The notes: a model not told the origin generated them from the letters alone. A stretch of 45,032 nucleotides of DNA from Candidatus Staskawiczbacteria bacterium RIFOXYC1_FULL_38_18 (GCA_001822095.1 MHPP01000032.1:1-45032), one strand, 5' to 3'. Numbered from the stretch's first letter, positions 7,457 to 17,776 are shown. Program-made: numbers and translations.

Positions 7457-9677
7457 GAAAATAAAATTACAAATTGGCGGAATGACCTGCGCCTCTTGCG
7501 CGGCGGTGATAGAACACGATTTAAAGAAAACAAAAGGAGTTAATTCCGTTAATGTTAATTTTGCCACCGAAAAAGCTTATATAGATATTGATTCTACAAA
7601 AATAGATGTTGAAAAAATAAAAAAAGTTATTAACGACTCGGGCTATACGGCATTTGACGATATGCCCAAAATGAATGCGACAGCAGGAGAGCACGACCAC
7701 CATAAAATGCAAAAAGAGGCGGAAATCAAAGGATTAAAAAACCGCTTTTTGTTTTCGCTAATTTTGGGATTGCCGGTAATTTATATGATTATGGGTAAAA
7801 TGATAGGCCTCCCAATGCCTTCTTTTTTTGAGAAATACGGAATAGCAATTCAGGCGGTTTTGGCAACCGCTGTTATCGGGGTTTGTTTTAATATCTGGCA
7901 GTCGGGGGCAAAAAAAATTATAAAAATGGGTCCGAACATGGACACGTTAATTTTGATTGGAACAGCAACGGCTTATTTTTATAGCTTGGTAAACGCAGCA
8001 CTTTTATTTTTAGGCAAAGAGATATCAATGGAGTCGTTTTATTTTGAGGCGTCAATATTTATCCTTGTCTTTATATCTCTGGGAAAATATTTAGAAGCAA
8101 TCACCAAGGGTAAAACCTCAGAAGCAATAAAAAAGCTTATGGGGTTGCAGCCCAAAACAGCAATTGTTATAAGAGACGAAAAAGAATTGGTTGTTGCTAT
8201 TTCGGAGGTTGTTGAGGGAGACATTGTTTTGGTGAAGCCCGGAGAAAAAATTCCTGTTGATGGAATTGTTGTTGACGGATATTCGGGCGTGGACGAAAAA
8301 GCCATTACGGGGGAATCAATTCCCGTTGAAAAGAAAAAAGGAGACGAAGTGATTGGAGCCACAATAAATAAAACAAGTGTTTTAAAATTTAAGGCTACAA
8401 GGGTTGGAAAAAACACAATGCTTTCGCAAATTATTAAAATTGTCGAAGATGCAATGGGCTCGAAGGCGCCAATACAGCTTTTAGCAGACAAGGTTTCGTT
8501 TTATTTTGTGCCCGTTGTATTGGTTATAGCTTTGCTGTCTGCTGTGTTTTGGCTTTTGGCGGGATATTCCTTTGCGTTTGCTCTAACAATTTTTGTGGCA
8601 GTTTTGATTATTGCTTGCCCTTGCGCTCTTGGGTTAGCCACGCCCACGGCAGTTATGATGGGCACAGGATTGGCTGCGCAAAAAGGCATTTTGATAAAAT
8701 CCAGCAAGGCTTTAGAAACAGCAAAAAATATAAATATGGTTGTGTTTGATAAAACAGGGACGCTCACAAAAGGAGAACCCGTCGTAACCGACATTGCGCC
8801 AATTACGGACGAAAATATGATTTTACAAATTGCGGCTTCTGTTGAAAAAAATTCCGAGCACCCTTTGGCCGAAGCAATTGTTAAAAAGGCAAAAGAGGGA
8901 AATCTTGCTTTGAGCAAGGTCGAAGGATTTCTGGCAATTCCTGGCAAAGGGGTTGAGGCAAGTTTGGACCAAAAAAAAATTCTGTTGGGCACTAGGTCTT
9001 TGATGAAAGACAATAATATTTCTGTTGATTTGATTGAAGATAAGATGATAACCTTTGAGGACCAAGGAAAAACAGCAATGATTCTGGCCATTGATAAAAA
9101 AGTTATCGGAATTATTGTGGTTGCGGACGTTTTGAAAGAAAATTCAAAAGAAGCAGTTGATATACTCCACAAAATGGGAAAACAAGTTGCTATGATAACA
9201 GGAGACAATAGAAGGGTGGGGCTGGCAATTGCAAAACAAGTTGGAATTGACAGAGTTTTGGCAGAAGTTTTGCCCCAGGGAAAATCAGACGAAATCAAAA
9301 AATTGCAGTCAGAAGGCAAAGTTGTGGCAATGGTTGGTGACGGCATTAATGACGCCCCTGCGCTGGCCCAGGCAAACCTGGGGATTGCTTTGGGGTCAGG
9401 GACAGACGTTGCAATGGAAACAGGAGAAATTGTTTTGATAAAAGATGATTTAAGGGATGTTGTGAGTTCTATAGATTTAAGCAGATACACATTGAAAAAA
9501 ATAAAAATCGGGCTTTTTTGGGCGTTTTTTTATAATATAGTTGGAATTCCTGTGGCTGCCGGAGTTTTATTCCCCTCGACAGGCTGGCTTTTAAACCCTT
9601 CAATTGCTGCAGCGGCAATGGCGTTTTCATCTGTAAGCGTTGTTTTAAATGCTCTTTCGATGAAGTTTTACAAATAA
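7449..9677 (+). CDS. copA: Cu(I)-translocating P1B-type ATPase
   Basis: GMTCASC HMA domain, [27 protein letters not shown] and MAFSS motifs. Confidence 0.95.
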   Translation: MDKKIKLQIGGMTCASCAAVIEHDLKKTKGVNSVNVNFATEKAYIDIDSTKIDVEKIKKVINDSGYTAFDDMPKMNATAGEHDHHKMQKEAEIKGLKNRFLFSLILGLPVIYMIMGKMIGLPMPSFFEKYGIAIQAVLATAVIGVCFNIWQSGAKKIIKMGPNMDTLILIGTATAYFYSLVNAALLFLGKEISMESFYFEASIFILVFISLGKYLEAITKGKTSEAIKKLMGLQPKTAIVIRDEKELVVAISEVVEGDIVLVKPGEKIPVDGIVVDGYSGVDEKAITGESIPVEKKKGDEVIGATINKTSVLKFKATRVGKNTMLSQIIKIVEDAMGSKAPIQLLADKVSFYFVPVVLVIALLSAVFWLLAGYSFAFALTIFVAVLIIACPCALGLATPTAVMMGTGLAAQKGILIKSSKALETAKNINMVVFDKTGTLTKGEPVVTDIAPITDENMILQIAASVEKNSEHPLAEAIVKKAKEGNLALSKVEGFLAIPGKGVEASLDQKKILLGTRSLMKDNNISVDLIEDKMITFEDQGKTAMILAIDKKVIGIIVVADVLKENSKEAVDILHKMGKQVAMITGDNRRVGLAIAKQVGIDRVLAEVLPQGKSDEIKKLQSEGKVVAMVGDGINDAPALAQANLGIALGSGTDVAMETGEIVLIKDDLRDVVSSIDLSRYTLKKIKIGLFWAFFYNIVGIPVAAGVLFPSTGWLLNPSIAAAAMAFSSVSVVLNALSMKFYK

Positions 9678-9701
9678 AAAAGCCGCAACTTGTGTTGCGG
9701 T
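9676..9701. terminator. Terminator between convergent copA and rimI-like genes
   Basis: A6 followed by GCCGCAAC-ttgt-GTTGCGGT (T tract on the minus strand). Confidence 0.65.
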
Positions 9702-9736
9702 AAAATAATTCATCGTCGACAAACTGCGGGTTGTAT

Positions 9737-10225
9737 TCATGCTTCCACTACTTCTTTGTAGTATCTGCGCACCATGCGGTATGCGTCTTCGGGCGAATCA
9801 TCGTAATAATTATGCAATACGTCTTGAGCGACAAAACCATTGGTGCGAAAGAATAGCTGAGCCGCCAGATTTCTTTCTCTGACCTCGGTCACTATCCGAT
9901 TTCGCTTTCGCCATGGAAGACTGGCATATAGCTCAGTAATTATTTGACTGCCCACGCCCTTGCGTCGGAAATTAGGGGCCACGGCAAGGTTTATTACGTG
10001 AGAAAAATCGCTATACAGCCCATAAATAACAAAACCCACAACCCGATCCTCGCTGAGAACAACCCGGCCGACATCCCTGCGCGTGCGAAGACAGCAGAGA
10101 AAGTCATTTTCTGGCCAAGAGAATTCAAAGCTTTCATTTTCTATTGCGATAACCTCGGGCAAGTGTTTTCGAACCAACCAGGTCGTCGCAATGCGAAGCC
10201 CAGACCTTAAGGTAGCTGATGCCAT
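9737..10225 (-). CDS. rimI: RimI-like GNAT N-acetyltransferase
   Basis: 'IENESFEFSW', 'NLAVAPNFRRKGVG', 'EVRERNLAAQLFF' and 'NYYDDSPEDAYRM'; SD AAGGAGG. Confidence 0.85.
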   Translation of the reverse strand: MASATLRSGLRIATTWLVRKHLPEVIAIENESFEFSWPENDFLCCLRTRRDVGRVVLSEDRVVGFVIYGLYSDFSHVINLAVAPNFRRKGVGSQIITELYASLPWRKRNRIVTEVRERNLAAQLFFRTNGFVAQDVLHNYYDDSPEDAYRMVRRYYKEVVEA

Positions 10226-10259
10226 AAAACCCTCCTTGATTGGAAAAGACCCAATTTGT

Positions 10260-10287
10260 ATTTTAACCCCGTAATACCATTAGTCAA
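10260..10287 (-). promoter_or_regulatory. Promoter for the rimI-like gene
   Basis: Minus strand TTGACT-N16-TAAAAT. Confidence 0.55.
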
Positions 10288-10324
10288 GCTTGATTGTATA
10301 AAAATTTTATGATTAAATTAAAAT

Positions 10325-10726
10325 ATGGATAAAGCTATTATATTTACAATTATAGGAGTGGTCGTGTTAGGGCTTTTATTTTTTGGCGCGCAAAACGGAT
10401 TTTTGACAAAAATTTTTTCCGGATCACCAATTGCAGAAGTTGTTATGCCCGAAGGGATTATTTTGTTTTACGGCGAAGGGTGCCCTCATTGTAAAGTTGT
10501 AGACGATTTTATAACAGAAAACAAAATAGAAGATAAAGTTAAGTTTTCAAGATTAGAAGTTTGGTATAACAGGAATAATCAACTGATTTTGGAGAAAGCG
10601 GCGGAGACATGTGGAATAAAGGGAGACACTGTGGGAGTGCCATTTTTATATGACGGAGCAGGTAAGTGTATAATCGGCGACGTTGATGCAATTAATTTTT
10701 TTAAAAATGAAGCAGGCATACAATAA
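10325..10726 (+). CDS. Membrane-anchored thioredoxin/glutaredoxin-fold protein
   Basis: N-terminal TM, 'FYGEGCPHC', cis-Pro motif 'GVPF', and two additional Cys. Confidence 0.8.
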   Translation: MDKAIIFTIIGVVVLGLLFFGAQNGFLTKIFSGSPIAEVVMPEGIILFYGEGCPHCKVVDDFITENKIEDKVKFSRLEVWYNRNNQLILEKAAETCGIKGDTVGVPFLYDGAGKCIIGDVDAINFFKNEAGIQ

Positions 10727-11219
10727 ATTAGCAATTTTAAGCTCTGTTGTGTTTGGGTTTTTATGGGCAGGCGTGGCAAAAGCTGTTTGCCCTGTTTGCG
10801 TGGTTGCTGTTGGGGCCGGACTTGGCCTTTCAAGATGGCTTGGAGTAGATGATATTATTTCGGGGATGTGGATTGGCGCGTTGCTGGTTTCTATAACTGT
10901 TTGGACGCACGAATGGATTGTTAAAAAAGGGTGGGGATTTAAATTTAGCTTATACGTAATCGGGGCAATATATTATGCCCTCACAATTGTGCCACTTTAT
11001 TTTTATGATGTTGTCGGCCATCCATTAAATAATATTTTTGGAATTGATAAATTTATTTTAGGCGTTATTTTGGGCACAACATTTTTTATTGCCGCAGTTT
11101 TATTGCATAATTTTTTAAAAACAAAAAATAACGGCAAGTCATTTTTTCCTTACCAAAAAGTAGTTGTTCCGGTTTTGACATTAATAATAATTAGTTTAAT
11201 TCTATGGATGATAATTTAA
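10707..11219 (+). CDS. Polytopic membrane protein with CxxC directly after a signal peptide
   Basis: 'AKA|VCPVC' followed by 4-5 hydrophobic helices; ATG 10707 is preferred. Confidence 0.7.
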   Translation: MKQAYNKLAILSSVVFGFLWAGVAKAVCPVCVVAVGAGLGLSRWLGVDDIISGMWIGALLVSITVWTHEWIVKKGWGFKFSLYVIGAIYYALTIVPLYFYDVVGHPLNNIFGIDKFILGVILGTTFFIAAVLLHNFLKTKNNGKSFFPYQKVVVPVLTLIIISLILWMII

Positions 11220-11728
11220 AAATTGACGAGTTTATCAAAAAAGTAAACGAAAGCAAAGATAACCAGCTTGATTTGTCTTCAGACGAGGATTTGTCCATTG
11301 CCATAATGAATTTAATTTCCATTGAGGAGCATTTCTTTTTTACCGCAAACAAAACCGGCAAGCCCGAATATTTTGATTTATTAAATACGGCACGCGAGAT
11401 GAGAAAAGATTTGCTAAAAAAAATTGTTAAGGATTCGGAAGGGGAAATATGGTGCATTTCAAAACATCTGTTGGCCGCTTCAATGAGGCTTATGGAGGTT
11501 GGCACAAAAGCGCAAGGGCAAGGCAAAAAAGAAGAAGCACAAGACTTTTTTAAAAAATCTTATCAGCTTTACTCGCTTTTTTGGGGGCTTAATTTAAAAT
11601 TGATAAATATGGGTGAAGTTAAAAAAATTGAGGACAATCAAATAGACAAAAAAGACGATGATAAAAAGGGGCTACTCGATAAATTGGGCAGTATAGTAAA
11701 GCATGCGATTGATTGCTGCAAAGAATAA
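11204..11728 (+). CDS. Hypothetical helical cytoplasmic protein with WC..KH and C-terminal CC
   Basis: Long ORF overlapping the upstream gene; 'EEHFFF', 'WCISKHLL' and 'DCCKE*'. Confidence 0.7.
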   Translation: MDDNLKIDEFIKKVNESKDNQLDLSSDEDLSIAIMNLISIEEHFFFTANKTGKPEYFDLLNTAREMRKDLLKKIVKDSEGEIWCISKHLLAASMRLMEVGTKAQGQGKKEEAQDFFKKSYQLYSLFWGLNLKLINMGEVKKIEDNQIDKKDDDKKGLLDKLGSIVKHAIDCCKE

Positions 11729-11734
11729 TAAGAT

Positions 11735-12631
11735 ATGAAGCGACAGTATATTTTTCTCTCTGTTCTCTTTCTCTTGGCATTAAATATCTTTTGCTGGAGG
11801 GAGGTTTTTGCGTTGAGTGAAGAAAAAATGCTAGAGGTGGATTTTTTGGATGTGGGACAGGGGGATTCTATTTTTATTAAAACTCCAGAAGGCCACCAGA
11901 TTATAATTGACGGAGGCCCAAATTCAATTTTGTTACAGAAACTGGCGGAAAGAATGCCTTTTTGGGATAAAACAATTGATTTGGTGATTTTAACTCATCC
12001 TGAAAAAGACCACATGACCGGATTACTGGATGTTCTGCAAAATTACAAAGTGGATTATTTTTTATGGACAGGAGTTATAAAAAATAGTGCGGAAAACAAA
12101 AAATTAGCCGCGCTTCTAGAGGAGGCGCAAAAGCCGAAAAGAAATTTTTTGGCGTCGCTGGACGGAAAAAGCAAATCAACAAAAATTTTGATTGCAAAGG
12201 CGGGAGAAAAAATAATGGCGGGGGAGGTTTTAATTGATATTTTATTTCCTCATGAAAATCTAAATAACCAGGAGCCCAAAAACACAAATGACACAAGCGT
12301 GGTCTCGCAATTAATTTTTGGCAATAATGAGTTTCTTTTTACGGGCGACATAAGCAGTTCTGCAGAAAAAAAACTTGTTAATGGGGGCGCTGATTTGTCA
12401 GCAAGCGTTTTAAAAGTGGCGCATCACGGGTCAAAATATTCAACCTCAGACATTTTTTTAGAAACCGTGAAGCCCGGCATCGCGGTGATATCTGTGGGAA
12501 AGAACAGCTACGGGCATCCTACACAAGAAACATTGAAAAGATTGGAAGAATTTGGTATAAAGATTTTAAGAACAGACACTAATGGCGACGTAAATATGGT
12601 GTCTGATGGAAAAAATATAATATTAAAGTAA
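11735..12631 (+). CDS. ComEC/Rec2-type metallo-beta-lactamase domain protein
   Basis: 'DVGQGDS', 'IDGG', 'THPEKDH', 'FTGD', 'KVAHHGS', 'YGHP' and 'RTD..G'; lacks the ComEC channel domain. Confidence 0.88.
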   Translation: MKRQYIFLSVLFLLALNIFCWREVFALSEEKMLEVDFLDVGQGDSIFIKTPEGHQIIIDGGPNSILLQKLAERMPFWDKTIDLVILTHPEKDHMTGLLDVLQNYKVDYFLWTGVIKNSAENKKLAALLEEAQKPKRNFLASLDGKSKSTKILIAKAGEKIMAGEVLIDILFPHENLNNQEPKNTNDTSVVSQLIFGNNEFLFTGDISSSAEKKLVNGGADLSASVLKVAHHGSKYSTSDIFLETVKPGIAVISVGKNSYGHPTQETLKRLEEFGIKILRTDTNGDVNMVSDGKNIILK

Positions 12632-12641
12632 AAATTTTAAG

Positions 12642-13706
12642 ATGAAAGATTTAGATTTTCCGCTTTTTAAGACAAAATCAGAGATTTACAAGAAGTTTGA
12701 CCTAACCGACGTTAATTCCCGCCAGGAGTATTTTGAATACAAAGCCAGGCCGGAAATAAAAAAATTAAGGGAGTATTTAAAAAATAACACTTTTGTAGCT
12801 TATTTGATGGGGAAAAAATCCTCGGGCAAGGGAACTTATGCCAAAATGCTGGCTGAAGTTGTTGATAAGGACAGGATTGCGCATTTTTCAATTGGAGACA
12901 TGATAAGGTCTTTTGACGAAGTTTTAAAAGATGAAAACCAGAAAAAAGAATTGACTGAATTTTTGCAGAAAAATTATAGGGGATTTCATTCGTTGGATAA
13001 AATTATTGAGTCAATGGAGGGCAGGTCAACAAAAGTTCTTTTGCCTTCGGAACTGATTTTGGCTTTGGCAAAAAGGGAAATTGCAAAGCTTGGTAAAAAG
13101 GCCATTTTTATTGATGGGTTTCCTCGCGATATTGACCAGGTTTCCTATGCTTTATTTTTTAGAGATTTAATAAATTACAGAGATGATCCGGATGTTTTTA
13201 TTTTAATAGATGTGCCGACAACCGTTATTGATGAAAGGGTAAAATTCAGAGTTATATGCCCGCTGTGCAATGCCTCGCGCAATACAAAGTTGCTCGCAAC
13301 TAAAAAAATTGAGTATGAAAATAATAAGTTTTATTTGATTTGTGACAATGCCGGATGTCCTGGCGCCAGAATGGTTACAAAAGAGGGCGACGAACAGGGA
13401 ATTGAGCCCATAAGAGCTCGTTTGGAAAAAGACGAAATGCTTATTAAAGAAGCTTACAAATTGCAGGGAGTTCCGAAAGTTTTGTTGAGAAATTCAATTC
13501 CCGTTGATAAAACAAAAGAAGTTACAGATGACTACGAAATCACGCCAGGATACAATTACACCTTTAACGAAGCGGAAAATAAAGTTGAGGTGCAGGAAAG
13601 CCCTTGGGAAGTAAAAGACGACGAGGGTACGCTGTCCAACAGCTTAATGCCACCTCCTGTGGTTGTTTCCTTAATAAAACAGCTTGTCAAAGCATTGGGA
13701 ATTTAG
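12642..13706 (+). CDS. Atypical long adenylate/nucleoside monophosphate kinase
   Basis: P-loop GKKSSGKGT, 'HFSIGDMIR', 'IDGFPR', and Zn-lid-like CPLC...CDNAGC. Confidence 0.75.
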   Translation: MKDLDFPLFKTKSEIYKKFDLTDVNSRQEYFEYKARPEIKKLREYLKNNTFVAYLMGKKSSGKGTYAKMLAEVVDKDRIAHFSIGDMIRSFDEVLKDENQKKELTEFLQKNYRGFHSLDKIIESMEGRSTKVLLPSELILALAKREIAKLGKKAIFIDGFPRDIDQVSYALFFRDLINYRDDPDVFILIDVPTTVIDERVKFRVICPLCNASRNTKLLATKKIEYENNKFYLICDNAGCPGARMVTKEGDEQGIEPIRARLEKDEMLIKEAYKLQGVPKVLLRNSIPVDKTKEVTDDYEITPGYNYTFNEAENKVEVQESPWEVKDDEGTLSNSLMPPPVVVSLIKQLVKALGI

Positions 13707-13710
13707 GCAC

Positions 13711-13766
13711 TTGACTTGTAAATTTATATGCGGTAATATAGAGGTGTAATGGCCTCCGGGCCATTT
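13711..13766 (+). promoter_or_regulatory. Promoter and 5' hairpin of secE-nusG-rplK
   Basis: TTGACT-N17-TAATAT, then the hairpin AATGGCC-tccg-GGCCATT. Confidence 0.55.
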
Positions 13767-13792
13767 TAAAAACCGAGCAATATATAAAAAAT

Positions 13793-13987
13793 ATGACAAT
13801 ATCACAAAAAGTTAATATATTTTTTAAAGAGGTTTGGGTGGAAATGAGGCGGGTAAGTTGGCTTTCCCAAAAAGATATTATAAGATATACCCTTATTGTT
13901 TTGGCGGTGACTATTTTGGTTGCGGCATTTTTGGGCGGGCTGGACTACATTTTTACAACAATAATTAAGAGCTTTATTATAAGATAA
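13793..13987 (+). CDS. secE: Preprotein translocase subunit SecE
   Basis: 'EMRRVSW' plus one TM and 'GGLDYIF'; upstream of nusG. Confidence 0.92.
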   Translation: MTISQKVNIFFKEVWVEMRRVSWLSQKDIIRYTLIVLAVTILVAAFLGGLDYIFTTIIKSFIIR

Positions 13988-14538
13988 TGGCAAAACAGCA
14001 AATAGAACAAGACAGGAATTGGTACGTTATTCATACTTATTCGGGTTATGAAGACGCGGTTGCAAAAAATCTTAAACAAAGGATTGAATCTTTGGGCATG
14101 GAAGACAAAATTTTTAATGTAATTGTTCCAAAAGAAAAAAAGATTAAAATAAAAAACGGAAAAAGAAAAACAGTTGAGGAAAAAATTTATCCTGGTTATG
14201 TGCTTGTGGAAATGAATGTTACCGATGAGTCTTGGTATGTTGTCAGAAACACGCCAAGAGTTACGGGATTTTTGGGGGCGGGAACAACCCCAATTCCGGT
14301 TTCAAAATCGGACATGGATGACTTAATGAAAAGAATGGAAATGGGCGAGCCGGAATTTACAATTGATTTTGAAATTGGTTCTACGGTTAAAATTACAGAC
14401 GGGCCGTTTAAGGGCTTTGAAGGAAAAGTTTCAGAGCTTGATAAAGAAAGAGGAAAAATTAAAGTGCTGGTTAATATGTTTGGCAGAGACACTCCAGTTG
14501 AATTGGATTCATTACAAATTAAAAAAATAGGAGAATAA
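13987..14538 (+). CDS. nusG: Transcription factor NusG
   Basis: '[11 protein letters not shown]', 'PGYVLVEM' and KOW motif 'DGPFKGFEG'. Confidence 0.97.
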   Translation: MAKQQIEQDRNWYVIHTYSGYEDAVAKNLKQRIESLGMEDKIFNVIVPKEKKIKIKNGKRKTVEEKIYPGYVLVEMNVTDESWYVVRNTPRVTGFLGAGTTPIPVSKSDMDDLMKRMEMGEPEFTIDFEIGSTVKITDGPFKGFEGKVSELDKERGKIKVLVNMFGRDTPVELDSLQIKKIGE

Positions 14539-14542
14539 ATAT

Positions 14543-14968
14543 ATGGCAAAAGAAATAAAAGCTGTAGTCAAGGTGCAAATACAGGCAGGCAAAGCAACCC
14601 CGGCGCCTCCAATCGGACCGGCGCTGGCTCCTCACGGATTAAACATTGCAGAGTTCTGTCAAAAGTTTAACGCCGCAACACAGGCAATGGCGGGCTACAA
14701 AATTCCCGCCGAGGTTACAATTTACAAAGACAGGTCTTTTGTTTTTAAACTAAAAACACCTTTGGCTGCGGAGTTAATTTGCAAGGCAATTGGAATTGAA
14801 AAGGGTTCTGGAACTCCAAACAAAGTAAAAGTTGGGAAAATCACAAAAGCCCAATTGGCTGAAATTGCAAAAACAAAAATGCCCGATTTAAACACCACAG
14901 ACATTGAGCAGGCAATAAAAATCATTGCCGGCACGGCAAAAAACATGGGGGTGGACGTGGTCGGATAA
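14543..14968 (+). CDS. rplK: 50S ribosomal protein L11
   Basis: '[14 protein letters not shown]', 'KMPDLN' and 'GTAKNMGV'. Confidence 0.97.
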   Translation: MAKEIKAVVKVQIQAGKATPAPPIGPALAPHGLNIAEFCQKFNAATQAMAGYKIPAEVTIYKDRSFVFKLKTPLAAELICKAIGIEKGSGTPNKVKVGKITKAQLAEIAKTKMPDLNTTDIEQAIKIIAGTAKNMGVDVVG

Positions 14969-14984
14969 TACACAATAAATTTAG

Positions 14985-15020
14985 TAAAAAGCAAGTGGTT
15001 TTTCCACTTGCTTTTTATTT
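14985..15020. terminator. Intrinsic terminator after rplK
   Basis: TAAAAAGCAAGTGG-ttttt-CCACTTGCTTTTTA. Confidence 0.8.
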
Positions 15021-15075
15021 GGCGCGGGTGGTAAAATGGGACTACACAAAAATATTATTAAAACAAAAATAAGTT

Positions 15076-16674
15076 ATGATTTTATCTGACACGGATATCA
15101 AAAAAAGTATTTCTCAGGGAACGATTAAAATTAATCCTTCGCCGGATTTTGAGGAGCAGCTCGGGCCGTGCTCTTTAGACTTGCACCTGGGCAATAGTTT
15201 TAAAATTTTTAAAGTAAGCCGTTATCCTTTTATTGATTTAAAAAATGGCGTTAATGTTGACGAGATGATGGAAGAGGTTGTGATTAAGGATGGCGGTTCT
15301 TTTATTATACAGCCGCATGACTTTGTAATCGCAGTCACAAAAGAAGAAATAACTTTACCATCAAACATTATGGGAAGGTTGGATGGCAGAAGCTCTCTAG
15401 CCAGGCTGGGTTTGGTTATACATGTTACGGCAGCCAGATTTGATCCGGGTTGGAGGGGCAGGGCGGTTATGGAGTTGGGAAATTTGGGAACAGTCCCTAT
15501 TGTTTTATACAGCGGAATGAGGATTTGCGCCATGACTTTTGAAAGCATTTCTTCTTCGTCTGAAGTTCCGTACCTTGAGCAAGCAGACCATAAATATGCT
15601 GACCAAAGCGGAGCCACGGCCAGTAAAATATTAGAAGAGCCCGGGTTAAAAGCGGTTCCTATGGTTGGCGCTAAAATACCGTCAGCAAATAAAAATCACC
15701 CGGAATATCAATATTTAAATTTACTGCAAGAGCTAATTGACAAAGGTCACGAGCAGGTTGATGCCGGCACCGGCGTTAAAACATACAGCCTTTTCGGAAA
15801 ACAATTTAGGTTTGACCTTTCACAGGGATTTCCCTTGTTAACAACCAAAAAAGTTTTTTGGAAAGGGGTTGTGCAAGAGCTTTATTGGTTTATGAGCGGA
15901 CAAAAAAATATTAAGTATCTTGTAGATAATAATGTTCACATTTGGGATGACTATCCTTACCGAATTTACCGCGAAAAAATAACAAAAGGCCTTGAGAAAG
16001 AAATGACCAAAGAAGAATTTATAGAAAAAATTGCAACAGATAAAGACTTTGCGGAACTTCATGGAAATTTGCCGCACGTTTATGGAGATATGTGGAGGCA
16101 CTGGCCCACAAAAACCGACAGGACAATTGATCAGTTGCAATGGCTTATAAGTAATATTCGAAATGATAAAAGCACGCATAGCGCAATAGTTAATTCCTGG
16201 AATCCGGAATATCTTTACGAAATGGCCGCTCCCGGCGAAGCCTGCCGTTTTCCGATTTGCCACAATATGTTTCAAATAAATGCTAATGGCGGGCGGCTTT
16301 CTTTGCAGCTTTATCAGCGATCATGCGATGTATTTTTGGGAGTGCCATTCAATATTGCCAGTTATGCTTTGTTAACAATTATTTTGGCAAAAATAACCGG
16401 AAACGAACCCGGCGAATTTATCCATACTTTTGGAGACATCCATTACTATGAAAATCACTTGGATGCCGTAAAGGAACAGTTGCTTCGCGAGCCGTTGCCC
16501 TTCCCGACAGTTAAAATAGATCAAAATTTGAGAGAAATAGACGACTTTAAGCCGGAAAGTGTGGAACTTATTGGATATGAGTCGCATCCGCCAATTAAAG
16601 CATCTCTTTCGCCGGTGGGTGGCATAGTCACCAAAGATTGGAAAGAATTCGTACAAAACAGTAAAAAAAATTAA
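15076..16674 (+). CDS. dcd-thyA: Fused dCTP deaminase-thymidylate synthase
   Basis: N-half has 'ILSD', 'SLDL', 'GRSSLARLGL' and 'DPGWRG'. C-half has 'FPLLTTKK', 'PICH' and 'YQRSCDVFLGVPFNIASY'. One continuous ORF. Confidence 0.9.
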   Translation: MILSDTDIKKSISQGTIKINPSPDFEEQLGPCSLDLHLGNSFKIFKVSRYPFIDLKNGVNVDEMMEEVVIKDGGSFIIQPHDFVIAVTKEEITLPSNIMGRLDGRSSLARLGLVIHVTAARFDPGWRGRAVMELGNLGTVPIVLYSGMRICAMTFESISSSSEVPYLEQADHKYADQSGATASKILEEPGLKAVPMVGAKIPSANKNHPEYQYLNLLQELIDKGHEQVDAGTGVKTYSLFGKQFRFDLSQGFPLLTTKKVFWKGVVQELYWFMSGQKNIKYLVDNNVHIWDDYPYRIYREKITKGLEKEMTKEEFIEKIATDKDFAELHGNLPHVYGDMWRHWPTKTDRTIDQLQWLISNIRNDKSTHSAIVNSWNPEYLYEMAAPGEACRFPICHNMFQINANGGRLSLQLYQRSCDVFLGVPFNIASYALLTIILAKITGNEPGEFIHTFGDIHYYENHLDAVKEQLLREPLPFPTVKIDQNLREIDDFKPESVELIGYESHPPIKASLSPVGGIVTKDWKEFVQNSKKN

Positions 16675-16685
16675 AAATAAAAAAT

Positions 16686-17225
16686 ATGTTTTTAGGAGCA
16701 AAACAATTATTACAATTAGTAAAAGACAAAAAATTAATGGAGGGCCTTTGCGAGCGCGAATTAACTTCTCCGGAGGGTGCGGGCTTTGACATAAGAATAG
16801 GGGAGATATATAAAATTTCAGGCAAGGGCTTTATGGGCGTTACAGAAAGAGAAACTCCAAAAATGGAGCTCGTCGCAAAATACGAAGAAGGAAAAAGCAC
16901 AAAAATAACATTAGAACCCAAAGTTTATTATTTAATGAAGACGATAGAAAAGGTAAACATGCCAGAAGACCTTTTGGCAATTTCTACGCCAAGGTCAACC
17001 TTATTCCGTTCGGGAGTTTATATTTTTGGCGGGCAAGTGCCTCCGGGATATTGCGGAGAGTTATCAATGGGCATATACAATTTTAGGGACGAGCCTTTTG
17101 AGCTGGAAATGGGAGCAAGAGTATTGCATATTATGTTTTCTGAAGTGGCCGGAGAATCAAATCTTTACAGAGGCCAATGGCAGGGGGGCAGAGTAACAAC
17201 CGAGCAAAAAGAAAAGCAGATTTAA
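16686..17225 (+). CDS. Trimeric dUTPase/dCTP deaminase superfamily protein (probable dUTPase)
   Basis: 'GFDIR', 'PRSTLFRSG', 'PPGYCG' and 'YRGQWQG'. Confidence 0.75.
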   Translation: MFLGAKQLLQLVKDKKLMEGLCERELTSPEGAGFDIRIGEIYKISGKGFMGVTERETPKMELVAKYEEGKSTKITLEPKVYYLMKTIEKVNMPEDLLAISTPRSTLFRSGVYIFGGQVPPGYCGELSMGIYNFRDEPFELEMGARVLHIMFSEVAGESNLYRGQWQGGRVTTEQKEKQI

Positions 17226-17285
17226 TTTCTAAAAAACAGCTTGAAACTCAGGCTGTTTTTTAGTATATTAAAGCAATATAAAAGT

Positions 17286-17774
17286 ATGATATCAATAATT
17301 GTGGCGTGTGCAGAAAACCGCGTAATAGGAAATAAAAATACTTTGCCATGGCATTTGCCTGCTGATTTTAAATATTTTAAAGAAACAACATTGGGCAAAA
17401 CAATTGTAATGGGATTAAATACTTTCAAATCTATTGGAGCCAAGCCGTTGCCGGGAAGAAAAAACGTAGTTCTAAACAACGACCCAAATTACGTTCCGCC
17501 CGAAGGCTGTTTTTTGGCAAAATCAATTGAAGAAGTTGTTGAAATGGGCAAAAAGGAGCCGGAAGTAATGATTTGCGGAGGAGCTTCGGTGTATAAACAA
17601 TTTTTGCCTTTGGCTCAAAGATTGTATTTAACTTATGTTAAGGCGAGTCCGGAGGGCGACACATATTTTCCAGAAGTTAATACGGAAGAATGGAAAGAGA
17701 CAAAAAGGGAAGATCATAAAGCCGATGATAAAAACAAATATGATTATTCATTTGTAATATTAGAGAGAAAATAA
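17286..17774 (+). CDS. folA: Dihydrofolate reductase
   Basis: 'VIG...LPWHLPAD', 'PLPGRKNVV', 'ICGGASVY' and 'GDTYFP'; ATG 17286 is preferred. Confidence 0.95.
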   Translation: MISIIVACAENRVIGNKNTLPWHLPADFKYFKETTLGKTIVMGLNTFKSIGAKPLPGRKNVVLNNDPNYVPPEGCFLAKSIEEVVEMGKKEPEVMICGGASVYKQFLPLAQRLYLTYVKASPEGDTYFPEVNTEEWKETKREDHKADDKNKYDYSFVILERK

Positions 17775-17776
17775 AC

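Noticed and set aside
8039-9490. 150-aa and 329-aa antisense ORFs
   Set aside because: Shadow frames of copA with no recognisable motifs or expression signals.
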